Shown here: piece by piece, positions 1 to 9,484 of the stretch
How the letters are laid out: every line of letters starts with the position of its first letter
How positions within the stretch are numbered: position 1 is the first letter of the stretch
DNA from: an uncultured Verrucomicrobiae bacterium
GTDB taxonomy: Bacteria > Verrucomicrobiota > Verrucomicrobiia > Limisphaerales > Palsa-1400
Length of the DNA stretch: 64,000 nt
Direction: 5' to 3'
Assembly (NCBI GenBank): GCA_963707025.1
Contig: CAVPOM010000012.1
Coordinates: 160,001-224,000, forward strand
Notes under the pieces: generated by a model
What the model saw: the letters and a program-made list of their open reading frames with translations, nothing else
Database searches by the model: none
Told to the model about the DNA's origin: nothing
Made by a program: the position numbers and the translations under genes

Positions 1-2542
1 TCCGCAGGCAGGCGCGGCCAGCCTGCCAGCCGGCCCCGGCGCAGTGCCGGTGCAGATGGGCGATGGTCCGGTCCGCGTCATTTCCGGCAAAGCGGACCAA
101 ATGTTTTTGGACATCCTGGCGGCCAGGCCGGACTTCTCCAAATTTCCCCATTACACCGGCGACTTGGAACTGATTAATCACTCCGCCGGTTCGCTCACTT
201 CCGAGGGCTATCGCAAGCGTTGGAACCGGAAAAAGGAATTGCTGGCCGATGCCGCTGAAAAAGCATCCCTGGCCGCCTCCTGGCTGGGCGCCCGCCCCTA
301 TCCCCAGGAACGGTTGAACAATGCCTGGATGCTCACTTTGGAAGGCCAGATGCACGACATTCTTCCCGGCACGGCCACGCCCAAGGCCTACGAATTTGTC
401 TGGAACGACGACGTCATTGCCATGAACCAATTTTCCGACGTGCTGACCAGCGCCGCCGAGGGAGTGGCGTCCGGTTTGGATACCCAGGTCCAGGGCACGG
501 CGGTTGTCGTCTATAACCCGTTGAACGTCGCGCGGGAGGATGTGGTGGAGGCCGACCTGCGCCTGCCGGACGGGACCAAGGCCACCCAAGTTCGTGTGCT
601 CGGGCCGGATGGACGGGAAACCTTGTCGCAGGTGTCCAATGGCAAGGTGTTATTCCTGGCCTCGGCGCCGCCGGTCGGATTTACCGTCTATGATGTGCAA
701 CCCGGCGCGGCCGGATCGGCCACTTCTGCCTTGAAAGCCACTGAAACTTCCCTGGAAAACGCCCGTTACCGCCTGCAAGTGGACGCCAATGGCGATGTCT
801 CCGGCATTTTTGACAAAGCGCTCAACCACGAACTGCTGGCCGCGCCCATCCGCCTGGCCATCAAGACGGACAACCCGCAAAACTGGCCGGCGTGGAACAT
901 GGATTATGACCAGGAAATCGCCCCGCCGCGCGCCTATGTGGGCGGGACGCCCAGAATCCGCGTCGTGGAAAACGGCCCCGTCCGCGTGGCCGTGGAAGTG
1001 GCGCGGGAAACGGAAGGCTCCAGATTTGTGCAGACCATCCGCCTGGCGGCGGGGGAGGCTGGCAGCCGGGTGGAGTTTTTCAATGTGATTGACTGGAGAA
1101 GCACCAACTGCAATCTCAAGGCCTGCTTCCCGCTGACCGCGTCCAATCCCAACGCCACCTATAACTGGGACGTGGGCACCATCCAGCGCCCGACCGAGAC
1201 GCTGCGGCAGTTTGAGGTCGCCTCCCACCAGTGGATTGATTTGACCGACCAGAGCGGCAGTTACGGCGCCACCGTGCTGACCGACTGCAAGAACGGATCG
1301 GACAAGCCGGACGACCACACCTTGCGCTTGACCCTGATCCGCACCCCCGGCGCGCGCGGTGGTTATCCCGACCAGGCCACCCAGGATTTGGGCCATCACG
1401 AGTTGGTCTTCGGCCTGGCCGGCCACGCGGGCGACTGGCGCCAGGGCCAGACCGATTGGCAAGGCCAGCGCCTGAACCAGCCGCTCATCGCCTTTGAGAG
1501 CGCCAAGCACCCGGGCCCATTGGGCAAGAACCTCTCCTTGCTCAATCTGAGCACCAGCCGGGTCCGGGTGCTCGCTTTGAAAAAGGCGGAGGAGAGCGAT
1601 GAAATCATCCTCCGCATGGTCGAACTGGATGGCAAGGCCAACCCTGGCGTGCAGGTTGGCTTCGCCGCTCCCGTGCTGGCGGCCCGCGAGGTCAATGGAC
1701 AGGAACAGCCCGTCGGCCCGGCCGTGATCGCGGATGGAAAACTGCGGGTGGATTTTACGCCCTACCAGCCGCGCACTTTTGCCGTCAAATTGGGCGCCCC
1801 GCCGGCCCAGGTTGCGCCAGTCAAATCGCAGCCGGTGCCCCTGGAGTACAGCCGCTCGGTTTCGAGCCTGCACGGCAAGGAGGCGATGATCGGCTTCGAT
1901 GACGTGGGCAACGCCTTGCCCGGGGAACTGCTGCCCAGGGAACTGTTTTACAACGGGATTCGTTTTGTGCTGGGGCCGGGCGAGCAAGGCAAGCCCAACG
2001 CCTTGGAAACGCAGGGGCAAACGATCTCGTTGCCCGGCGGGACCTTCAACCGGGTTTACTTGCTGGCGGCCGCCGCCCAGCAAGGCGGAGAGCAGTTGGG
2101 GGGATTCCAGGATCAAACCGCGGTCTTCAAGGTCGGCGACCAATCCACGCCGCTGACGATTCAGAATTGGGGCGGCTACATCGGCCAGTGGGACAACCGC
2201 CTTTGGTCAACCCGCCAGGAAGCGGTCGCTTCGGGCGCGCGCCGCGGCGGCGGGGGCATGCGGACGGTGACGACGATGACGGGCTTGGTGCCGGGATACA
2301 TCAAGCGGACGCCGCTGGCCTGGTATGCTTCGCACCATCATGTCGCCGACGGCTCCTCCGTGCCGTATGCCTACTCCTACCTCTTTGCCTATGAGTTGGA
2401 TATTCCGCCGGGCGCCACCACGCTGACCCTGCCGAACAACAACAACATTCGCATCATGGCCGTGACGGTGGCGGACGTCAGCGGCAAAGCCGCTCCCGCC
2501 GCGCCGCTCTATGACACCCTGGAAAGAACCGCGGAGGAGTAA
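1..2542 (+). CDS. GH38 alpha-mannosidase (5' part probably outside the window)
   Basis: Middle/C-terminal GH38 motifs (QMHDILPGT, VVYNPLN, LENARYRLQVD, FEVASHQWIDL); stop at 2540-2542. Confidence 0.9.
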   Translation, partial: PQAGAASLPAGPGAVPVQMGDGPVRVISGKADQMFLDILAARPDFSKFPHYTGDLELINHSAGSLTSEGYRKRWNRKKELLADAAEKASLAASWLGARPYPQERLNNAWMLTLEGQMHDILPGTATPKAYEFVWNDDVIAMNQFSDVLTSAAEGVASGLDTQVQGTAVVVYNPLNVAREDVVEADLRLPDGTKATQVRVLGPDGRETLSQVSNGKVLFLASAPPVGFTVYDVQPGAAGSATSALKATETSLENARYRLQVDANGDVSGIFDKALNHELLAAPIRLAIKTDNPQNWPAWNMDYDQEIAPPRAYVGGTPRIRVVENGPVRVAVEVARETEGSRFVQTIRLAAGEAGSRVEFFNVIDWRSTNCNLKACFPLTASNPNATYNWDVGTIQRPTETLRQFEVASHQWIDLTDQSGSYGATVLTDCKNGSDKPDDHTLRLTLIRTPGARGGYPDQATQDLGHHELVFGLAGHAGDWRQGQTDWQGQRLNQPLIAFESAKHPGPLGKNLSLLNLSTSRVRVLALKKAEESDEIILRMVELDGKANPGVQVGFAAPVLAAREVNGQEQPVGPAVIADGKLRVDFTPYQPRTFAVKLGAPPAQVAPVKSQPVPLEYSRSVSSLHGKEAMIGFDDVGNALPGELLPRELFYNGIRFVLGPGEQGKPNALETQGQTISLPGGTFNRVYLLAAAAQQGGEQLGGFQDQTAVFKVGDQSTPLTIQNWGGYIGQWDNRLWSTRQEAVASGARRGGGGMRTVTTMTGLVPGYIKRTPLAWYASHHHVADGSSVPYAYSYLFAYELDIPPGATTLTLPNNNNIRIMAVTVADVSGKAAPAAPLYDTLERTAEE

Positions 2543-2573
2543 AAAATTATAAATCAAGAATCTTCATTTCCCA

Positions 2574-2626
2574 GGGCAGGGACGGCGCGCTGCGCCGTCC
2601 GGGCGTCGCACCGCGACGCCCCCTCC
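2574..2626. repeat. REP-like paired palindromes (GCAG/GTAG type)
   Basis: GCAG-GGACGGCGC..GCGCCGTCC followed by GGGCGTCGC..GCGACGCCC. Confidence 0.55.
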
Positions 2627-2766
2627 TTTGGAGAATCTTGTCCTGCACCCGTGAGCCGGGACGGGTGAATTTTGGAGTGGCCGCGCGAATCAGACCTGCT
2701 AATGTGCGCGACTGAACCCGGCGAATGAATCCGCAACCTGGAACGAACATATAGAGAGGACAACCA

Positions 2767-3939
2767 ATGAAATTGAAAACGCTACCGATATTCCTGGCCT
2801 TTCTTGTCATGGGCGTCGCCGACGCCATGGGGCCGATGAGCAAAGCTGCCAAGGAAGCTTACAACATCAGCACCGTCATGGCCAAGCTCCTGCCCTTCTT
2901 TGTCTTCATCGCCTTTGCGGCGCTGAGTGTTCCGGGCGGCCTGCTCGCCGCGCGCATCGGAAAAAAGAAACTGCTCCTCACCGGCCTCGCTCTGAACACC
3001 GTCGCCGTGGCCGTCCCCACTTTCATCGTGCCCAATTTCCAGTTGCTTTTGGCCTGCATCTTCCTGCTGGGCGTTGGCACGACTTTTTTGCAAGTGGCAG
3101 GCAACCCCATCATGCGGGATGTCAGCGCCGCGGGCGCCTACAGCCGCAATCTGGCCTTTGCCCAGGGAATCAAAGGCATTGGCAGCTTCGGCTCCACCGC
3201 CCTGCTCGCCCTGGTGGCCGCCATCCCCTTCCTGGCGGAAAGGCAATGGCGCGGAGCTTTCCCGGTTTATCTGGTGCTGATGGTGCTGACCTTTATCAGC
3301 GTCGCCGGCTTGAAGATCGAGGAAGCCAAAGCCGACGTGCCTCCCAGTATTGGATCATCTCTTGGACTTCTGAAAGAGCCTGTCTTCGCTTTGGCTGTTC
3401 TGGGGATTTTTCTCTACGTGGGCGCTGAGGTCTGCATGACCAGTTCGCTGGAATCCCAGATGAACGCGGTGGGGATCGCGGACAAGTGGGGAAACTATCT
3501 TGGTCCCACCGCCTTCCTCATCGCTCTGACCATCGGTCGCCTGGTCGCGGGCAGCGTCAATGTCAGCCCTCGCACCTTCTTCCGTCTTTCCGCCGCCCTG
3601 GGGCTTGCAGGCGTCTTGCTCATTCTCACCAGCAACCAAATGCTGACGGTGGCGGGGGCCATTCTCGGCGGATTGGGCTTCGCCAATATTTGGCCCATGC
3701 TCTTCTCCATCACCGTCGAAGAAAAACCCCAATGCGCCAACGAACTCAGCGGCCTGATGTGCATGGCCATCTCCGGCGGCGCGCTGGTGCCGCTGCTGAT
3801 GGGCCGGTTGGTGGATAACGGCATGAAAGCCATGTCCTTCATCGTTCCCGCCGTCTGCTTTGCCTACCTGCTGCTGCTCTCGCTCAAGGGGGGCAGAAGA
3901 CCGGCAGCCCCGGCCCCCACACCCGCCCCGGCAGCCTGA
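2767..3939 (+). CDS. MFS sugar transporter, FucP/GluP-like
   Basis: Many hydrophobic segments, LQVAGNP motif, located between mannosidase and ROK genes. Confidence 0.85.
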   Translation: MKLKTLPIFLAFLVMGVADAMGPMSKAAKEAYNISTVMAKLLPFFVFIAFAALSVPGGLLAARIGKKKLLLTGLALNTVAVAVPTFIVPNFQLLLACIFLLGVGTTFLQVAGNPIMRDVSAAGAYSRNLAFAQGIKGIGSFGSTALLALVAAIPFLAERQWRGAFPVYLVLMVLTFISVAGLKIEEAKADVPPSIGSSLGLLKEPVFALAVLGIFLYVGAEVCMTSSLESQMNAVGIADKWGNYLGPTAFLIALTIGRLVAGSVNVSPRTFFRLSAALGLAGVLLILTSNQMLTVAGAILGGLGFANIWPMLFSITVEEKPQCANELSGLMCMAISGGALVPLLMGRLVDNGMKAMSFIVPAVCFAYLLLLSLKGGRRPAAPAPTPAPAA

Positions 3940-3967
3940 ACCAATCCCCCATCGCCATGGCCCCTGC

Positions 3968-4044
3968 TCGCGGGCTTGATCAAAGCGAATTCTGATTACT
4001 AACTTGACGAAGGAGATTAAGATTAGGATTAAGATTAAGATTAG
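3968..4044. repeat. GATTAA/GATTAG hexamer-repeat element, copy 1
   Basis: TCGCGGGCTTGATCAAA then 5 x GATTA(A/G); same module at 5215-5314. Confidence 0.85.
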
Positions 4045-4074
4045 GAGCAGACCCAAGAGAATAAAAGGCCAGCC

Positions 4075-5181
4075 ATGAATTACGACAAAGACAAGCGGAT
4101 CGTCATGACCCTTGACGCGGGCGGAACTAATTTCCGGTTTTCCGCCATGCGCGGCCACAAGGCGGTCACCAAAACCGTCGCCATGCCCTCCAACGGCGAC
4201 AACTTGGAACGCTGCCTGGCCAACCTGGTGGCGGGCTTCACCGAGGTGAAAAAACAATGCCCCAAACCGCCCGCGGCCATCAGCTTCGCCTTCCCCGGCC
4301 CGGCCGATTATCCCAACGGCATCATCGGCGACCTGGGCAACCTGCCGGGTTTCCGCGGCGGCATCGCCCTCGGTCCCATGCTGGAGGATAAATTCGGCGT
4401 CCCGGTCTTCATCAACAATGACGGCGACCTGTTCGTCTATGGCGAAGCCATTGCCGGCTTCCTGCCCCATGTCAACGGATTGCTGGCCAAGGCCGGCAGC
4501 CCGAAGCGTTACAAAAATCTTTTTGGCGTCGCGCTCGGCACCGGCTTCGGCGGCGGCATCGTGCGCGACGGCGAACTGTTCCTCGGCGACAATTCGATGG
4601 CGGGGGAAGTCTGGCTGTTGCGCAACAAACTCGCTCCCGCCATGAACGCGGAGGAAGGCGCCAGCATCCGCGCCGTCCGCCGTGTCTATGCGGAAAAGAG
4701 CGGCCTGGCCTTCGAGCAGGCGCCGGAACCCAAAGTCATTTTCGACATCGGCCTGGGCAAACAGACCGGCAACAAGCAAGCGGCCGTGGAAGCCTTCCGC
4801 CGTCTCGGCGAAGTCGTCGGCGACGCCATGGGCAACGCGCTGACCTTGCTGGACGGCCTGGCGGTGGTCGGCGGCGGAGTGTCCGGGGCGTGGCCTTTGT
4901 TCCTGCCCGCGCTGGTGGATGAACTGAACAGCACCTACACCGGACCCAAGGGCAATAAATTTCGCCGCCTGGTGCAGGTGGCCTTCAACCTGGAAGACAA
5001 AGAGCAGTTGCAACAATTCCTCAAGGGCCAGACCCGCGAGGTCACCGTGCCGGGCAGCCGGCGCAAGCTCAAATACGATCCGCTGGCGCGCCTTGGCGTC
5101 GGCATGTCCCGCCTGGGCACCAGCGAGGCGGTGGCCATCGGCGCCTGCTCCTTTGCCTTGCGCAAACTGGATCAAGCCTGA
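4075..5181 (+). CDS. ROK family sugar kinase
   Basis: LDAGGTNF, FINNDGD, LGTGFGGG, GE motifs. Confidence 0.92.
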   Translation: MNYDKDKRIVMTLDAGGTNFRFSAMRGHKAVTKTVAMPSNGDNLERCLANLVAGFTEVKKQCPKPPAAISFAFPGPADYPNGIIGDLGNLPGFRGGIALGPMLEDKFGVPVFINNDGDLFVYGEAIAGFLPHVNGLLAKAGSPKRYKNLFGVALGTGFGGGIVRDGELFLGDNSMAGEVWLLRNKLAPAMNAEEGASIRAVRRVYAEKSGLAFEQAPEPKVIFDIGLGKQTGNKQAAVEAFRRLGEVVGDAMGNALTLLDGLAVVGGGVSGAWPLFLPALVDELNSTYTGPKGNKFRRLVQVAFNLEDKEQLQQFLKGQTREVTVPGSRRKLKYDPLARLGVGMSRLGTSEAVAIGACSFALRKLDQA

Positions 5182-5214
5182 TGGGCGCGGGTCACCTTTT
5201 GGAGTGGAGTTTTC

Positions 5215-5314
5215 CTAATCTTAATCCTAATCTTAATCTTAATCCCGATTTTCCGACCAGGATCGCGGGCTTGATCAAAACTGAAAAGGAGATTAAGATT
5301 AGGATTAAGATTAA
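5215..5314. repeat. Hexamer-repeat hairpin element, copy 2
   Basis: (C/T)TAATC x5, core TCGCGGGCTTGATCAAA, GATTA(A/G) x4; arms are reverse complements. Confidence 0.85.
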
Positions 5315-5329
5315 GAGCAAAATCCCTAT

Positions 5330-5800
5330 ATGAAACTTTGTTCCCTTGCCCTCACCTTCGCGGCGGCCGCCGCCCTTCTGTGCCACACCGCGGTTCGCGC
5401 GGCGGACGAGCCGGCGCTGATGGAGCCGGTCAAGTCCGTTCTCAACCACTACTTGACGATCCAGACCAACCTCGCCAGCGACACCCTGAAAGGCCTGGAC
5501 GAACAGGCCAAAGCCATCGCCGCCGCCGTCAAAGGCGACGCGATGAAAATGCTGCCGCCCGAGGTGGCCAGGCAGGCGGAAACGCTCGCCCAAGCCAAGG
5601 ACCTGAAAGCCGCCCGCGAGGCCTTCAAGCCCCTCAGCGCGTCGCTGATCAAATATCTGGCTGATAAAAAAGCCGGCAAAGGGGTTTATCACGAGGTTTA
5701 TTGCCCGATGGCCAATGCCAGTTGGTTGCAAACGGGCAAGGACATCAGAAATCCCTTCTACGGCAAAGAGATGCTCGACTGCGGCGAGATTAAGAGTTGA
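5330..5800 (+). CDS. DUF3347-like periplasmic metal-binding protein
   Basis: Signal peptide; YCPM..WLQ..IRNPFYG.EMLDCG motif. Confidence 0.8.
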   Translation: MKLCSLALTFAAAAALLCHTAVRAADEPALMEPVKSVLNHYLTIQTNLASDTLKGLDEQAKAIAAAVKGDAMKMLPPEVARQAETLAQAKDLKAAREAFKPLSASLIKYLADKKAGKGVYHEVYCPMANASWLQTGKDIRNPFYGKEMLDCGEIKS

Positions 5801-5882
5801 CCGGGGCGTTGCCCATCTGCCGGTGTGTCCTGCCCGGCATTTCTTGAATACCGGGCTGGTTCTGCTATTCTGGGCGCCGAAG

Positions 5883-7457
5883 ATGAAGCGCATCATTCTG
5901 TTGGCTTGGTTTTTCGCCGCCGCCGCCCCCCTGCCGGGCGGGATTCTGCCCGGGATCGAGGCCGTGCAGGTGACGTTCGACACGGTGGCCAGCAAGGCGG
6001 AGCAGCGCGCCCGCAAACCGTTCCGTTCGCCCAAGGCCGACTTGCCCGAATTTCTGCGCAATCTGAGCTACGACAGTTATCGGGAAATTGAATTCCGCCA
6101 TGACCGGGCGCTCTGGGCGGATGGAAAAAGCCCGTTCCGCGTGGAGTTTTTTCATCCCGGCTATCTTTACCAGGAACCGGTGCATTGCAACGAATTCACC
6201 CTGACCCACGCCCAGCCCATCCGGTTTGTGCAGGATTTTTTTGATTACCGGCAGTTGCAGATGCCCCAGAAGATTCCCGCCGACACCGGCTATGCCGGCT
6301 TCCGCCTGCTCCATCCGCTGAACTCCACCAACAAATGGGATGAGCTGGGGGCCTTTATCGGCGCCAGCTACTTCCGGCTCCTCGGCGCGGGACAAACCTA
6401 CGGCGCTTCCGCCCGCGGCCTGGCCTTGGATTGCGGGGGCAATGACCGCCCGGAGGAGTTTCCCGTGTGGACGGATTGGTGGCTGGGCAAACCGCAACCC
6501 AATGACAAAGTGTTGCTGCTCTATGGCATTTTGGACAGCGTCAGTTGCGCGGGGGCTTATTCGTTTATCATCCGGCCCGGCTCACCCACCAACCAGACCA
6601 CGGTGGTGAAAGTCGAGGCGGTGCTCTATTTTCGCGAGCCGGACCTGGTGCATGCGGTGGATGCGTCTCACAAACCGCTGGCCACCATCGGCCTGGCCCC
6701 GCTCACCAGCATGTTTTGGTTCGGCGAAAACTCCGAACGCAAGTTTGCCGATTACCGGCCGGAAGTTCACGACAGCGACGGCTTGCTCCTGCACCTGGAA
6801 GATGGCGAAATCCTCTGGCGTCCGCTGGACAACGGCCCGGTCATGCGCCACCAGAAGTTTGCCGTCAAGCACATCGGCGGCTTCGGCCTCCTGCAACGCG
6901 ACCGCGATTTCAGCAGTTACCAGGATTTGTTCAACCCCTACCAATCGGTCCCCAGCGTCTGGGTCGAGCCGGAGGGCACCAACTTTGACGACGGGGAAAT
7001 TCATCTGGTCGAACTGACCACGCATTACGAGGGATTGGACAACATCGTCGCGTTTTGGAATCCTTCCACCAAACCCAGGCCGATGCAGCCCTACCGCTTT
7101 GCCTACAACCTCTATTGGACGCGGGAGACGGACATGAGCCTCTCGACCAACAAAGTCATTTCGACCCGCGTGGGAGTGGACCCGCGCAATGCCAATCAGC
7201 GCCAATTTGTTATTGATTTTGATATTCCCAGCCTCGTCTCCGAGGCGGAGCCGCCCAAGGTGGACGCCAGTTGCAGCGAGAACGGGGTCCTGGCTGATAC
7301 CCAGTTGTATTGGAACCGCGCGGCCAGGACTTGGCGGGTCATCCTGCAAATGGCGCCCAAAGCCGGGAACATGGACCCGGTGGATTTGCGCTGCACGTTG
7401 AAAAAAGGCAACGACGCGATCAGCGAAACCTGGACTTACCTCTGGAGCCCGCAGTGA
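5883..7457 (+). CDS. opgG: Periplasmic glucan biosynthesis protein G/D
   Basis: GASYFR, YGASARGLA, APLTSMF, DYRPEVHDSDGL, SETWTY motifs; signal peptide from ATG 5883. Confidence 0.92.
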   Translation: MKRIILLAWFFAAAAPLPGGILPGIEAVQVTFDTVASKAEQRARKPFRSPKADLPEFLRNLSYDSYREIEFRHDRALWADGKSPFRVEFFHPGYLYQEPVHCNEFTLTHAQPIRFVQDFFDYRQLQMPQKIPADTGYAGFRLLHPLNSTNKWDELGAFIGASYFRLLGAGQTYGASARGLALDCGGNDRPEEFPVWTDWWLGKPQPNDKVLLLYGILDSVSCAGAYSFIIRPGSPTNQTTVVKVEAVLYFREPDLVHAVDASHKPLATIGLAPLTSMFWFGENSERKFADYRPEVHDSDGLLLHLEDGEILWRPLDNGPVMRHQKFAVKHIGGFGLLQRDRDFSSYQDLFNPYQSVPSVWVEPEGTNFDDGEIHLVELTTHYEGLDNIVAFWNPSTKPRPMQPYRFAYNLYWTRETDMSLSTNKVISTRVGVDPRNANQRQFVIDFDIPSLVSEAEPPKVDASCSENGVLADTQLYWNRAARTWRVILQMAPKAGNMDPVDLRCTLKKGNDAISETWTYLWSPQ

Positions 7458-7552
7458 GCCTGCCGGGCCGGACTGGGCAGCCCGGCTGTCGGAATTTTGT
7501 CGAAGAAAGCGACGGCAAAATCATGGCGGGCAAAATGCGTCAGTCATGCGTG

Positions 7553-7719
7553 GTAGGGCGAGACTCCGTCGAGCCGAAACTCGATTTGCTGGGAAAAAGT
7601 CACGGCTCGAACAGAGTCTCGCCCTGCTGTTTCCCCGCCGTCAGCCATTGGCGGAGGAACAAACGTCGTGCTGCTGTCGTGCGGCGGGTCCCGATATTTC
7701 GGGACCCGCCCTACCCACC
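7553..7719. repeat. Cluster of GTAG-type REP palindromes
   Basis: GTAGGGCGAGACTC...GAGTCTCGCCCTGC pair; GGCGGGTCCCGA..TCGGGACCCGCC-CTAC, near-identical inverted copy at 28328-28368. Confidence 0.75.
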
Positions 7720-7751
7720 ACTGACGCATTCCGGCGGCGGCCATTCGACCC

Positions 7752-7779
7752 TTGCGGACGCCGCTCGTGCGCGTATAAT
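7752..7779 (+). promoter_or_regulatory. Sigma70-like promoter of the Uma2 gene, probably leaderless
   Basis: TTGCGG-16nt-TATAAT, 7 nt before ATG 7787. Confidence 0.55.
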
Positions 7780-7786
7780 TTACTCC

Positions 7787-8362
7787 ATGATGAACGCGGT
7801 CGAGTCCTCTCCAGTACCGTTGCGTGGCGCGCAAATCTGGCCGCTCTCCGTGGCCGCGTATCGCGTCTTGGGCGAGGCCGGGCTGATTCCAAAAAACACG
7901 GAACTCCTCTATGGGTTCGTTTACACCAAAATGTCCAAGTCACCATTTCATAGCTTCCTGGTCATGCGCCTGCTGCGTCTGCTGCGCTCCGTCCTGCCGG
8001 CAACCCACCTGGTGCGTTCGGAACAACCCATCACTTGCCAGGACTCCGAACCGGAACCGGATATTTCTGTCGTTTGTGGAACGGAAAGCGATTTTCTCGC
8101 CGACCACCCTCACACCGCCGAGTTCGTCATCGAAGTCTCGATCACCAGCCATGATTACGATCGCTCGAAACTCCGCGCCTACGCGGGAGCCGGCGTGAAA
8201 GAATGCTGGCTTGTGCTCGGCCCGGATAAGCGGATCGAAGCCTATCGGCAACCCAAGGATGGCCAATTCACGGAACAGTCCCTCCACGGGCCGGGGGGCC
8301 ATCTCACCAGCGCGGCCTTGCCGGAATTCACACTGTCCCTGGACGCCTTCTTCGCCAAATGA
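7787..8362 (+). CDS. Uma2 family PD-(D/E)xK endonuclease-like protein
   Basis: ELLYG, SEPEPDISV, VIEVS, K..AYA.AGVKECWLV motifs. Confidence 0.9.
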   Translation: MMNAVESSPVPLRGAQIWPLSVAAYRVLGEAGLIPKNTELLYGFVYTKMSKSPFHSFLVMRLLRLLRSVLPATHLVRSEQPITCQDSEPEPDISVVCGTESDFLADHPHTAEFVIEVSITSHDYDRSKLRAYAGAGVKECWLVLGPDKRIEAYRQPKDGQFTEQSLHGPGGHLTSAALPEFTLSLDAFFAK

Positions 8363-8781
8363 CCTTTCCCGCACGAGCACTCGCCTTATTCATTATCGTT
8401 GTCTCGCTGGGCTGTCAGCGAGTTGAAGAGCCAAGACGATTACTTGCAATTGCGAGCAGCTACAATGGACCAGCGGTCGGAGCGGGCGGGCATCCATCCG
8501 GGCCAACAATCAATCAGCGTCACGAGGCATTGCGGGCTTTACTCGCACTTCAGGGTAAGCGATTTAACGTGAATCTTCCACCCATCCCAATCAAGGACAC
8601 GACTGGAATAGACTATGTTCTTGTGGTGACTGAGCAATCATCTAACGTTACTGTTAGGCTCTTGGCTACTCCTACTTTGGTCGCGGATCGAAAGGCACTG
8701 GAGGGCGACTATTGGAGCGTGGAGCAGTTGACGTTCGCCACTGACGGAAGGCTGATCAGTCGCCAGCCTTGGAAAGAGTAG
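8359..8781 (+). CDS. Hypothetical protein, possible lipoprotein
   Basis: ATGA overlap with Uma2 stop; hydrophobic N-terminus ending SLGC; lower GC than neighbours. Confidence 0.55.
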   Translation: MTFPARALALFIIVVSLGCQRVEEPRRLLAIASSYNGPAVGAGGHPSGPTINQRHEALRALLALQGKRFNVNLPPIPIKDTTGIDYVLVVTEQSSNVTVRLLATPTLVADRKALEGDYWSVEQLTFATDGRLISRQPWKE

Positions 8782-8904
8782 AACCCGACGATTCTTGAAA
8801 ACCGGGCCGGCTTTGCTAATCTGACCGCCGGAAATGAAGAGAGCCATTTCATTGGGCCTGTTTTTTGCCGGGACGCACGTGACCTTGCCCCTTTGGAGCC
8901 CGCC

Positions 8905-9480
8905 ATGAGCCTGCGGGTCCTGACGGAGTCGCCCGGACGTCTGGCGGCGCGCCCGCTGGATGACTGGAACGCCGCCTACACCAAGGTGGAAAGCTACTTT
9001 TACGCCTTGCGGGTGCGCAACAAACTGCTGCTGGGCCAATTGGTCGCGCTGGTCCTGGAACGGGCCATGGTCCGCGCCGTGCAGGAACCGGCCCGCTCCA
9101 CCACCGAACTGGCGGTGGAGGAAATGGACCGCCTGGTCAACGAATGGTTTGCCCAGGTGCTCCAGGATTATTCGGCGGGCGCGGAGATGCTTTCCACGCG
9201 CGGCCGGCTGGCCCTCCTCCTGGCCGATCTGTCCGGCAAATGGCAGGACCAGTTCCTCCGGCCCGGGCCGTGGCCGCCGGAATTTGTGTCCGCCATGCGC
9301 AAAGCTTATTTGCGCGCCGGCCCGGATTTTCAAATTTCCAAAATGGCTCCCCGTCCCCTCAGCCTCGGCCCGATGGCCGCCCTAACCCAGATCGGCCGCC
9401 TGCCTTACGCCAAAATGGCGGCCACCTGGCTCTTGTTCATCGGCCTGCTCGTCTTGCTCTTCATTCTCACCCACGACTGA
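8905..9480 (+). CDS. Hypothetical membrane-anchored protein upstream of opgH
   Basis: Host-like codon usage, C-terminal TM helix, 4 nt from opgH start. Confidence 0.75.
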   Translation: MSLRVLTESPGRLAARPLDDWNAAYTKVESYFYALRVRNKLLLGQLVALVLERAMVRAVQEPARSTTELAVEEMDRLVNEWFAQVLQDYSAGAEMLSTRGRLALLLADLSGKWQDQFLRPGPWPPEFVSAMRKAYLRAGPDFQISKMAPRPLSLGPMAALTQIGRLPYAKMAATWLLFIGLLVLLFILTHD

Positions 9481-9484
9481 CCCC

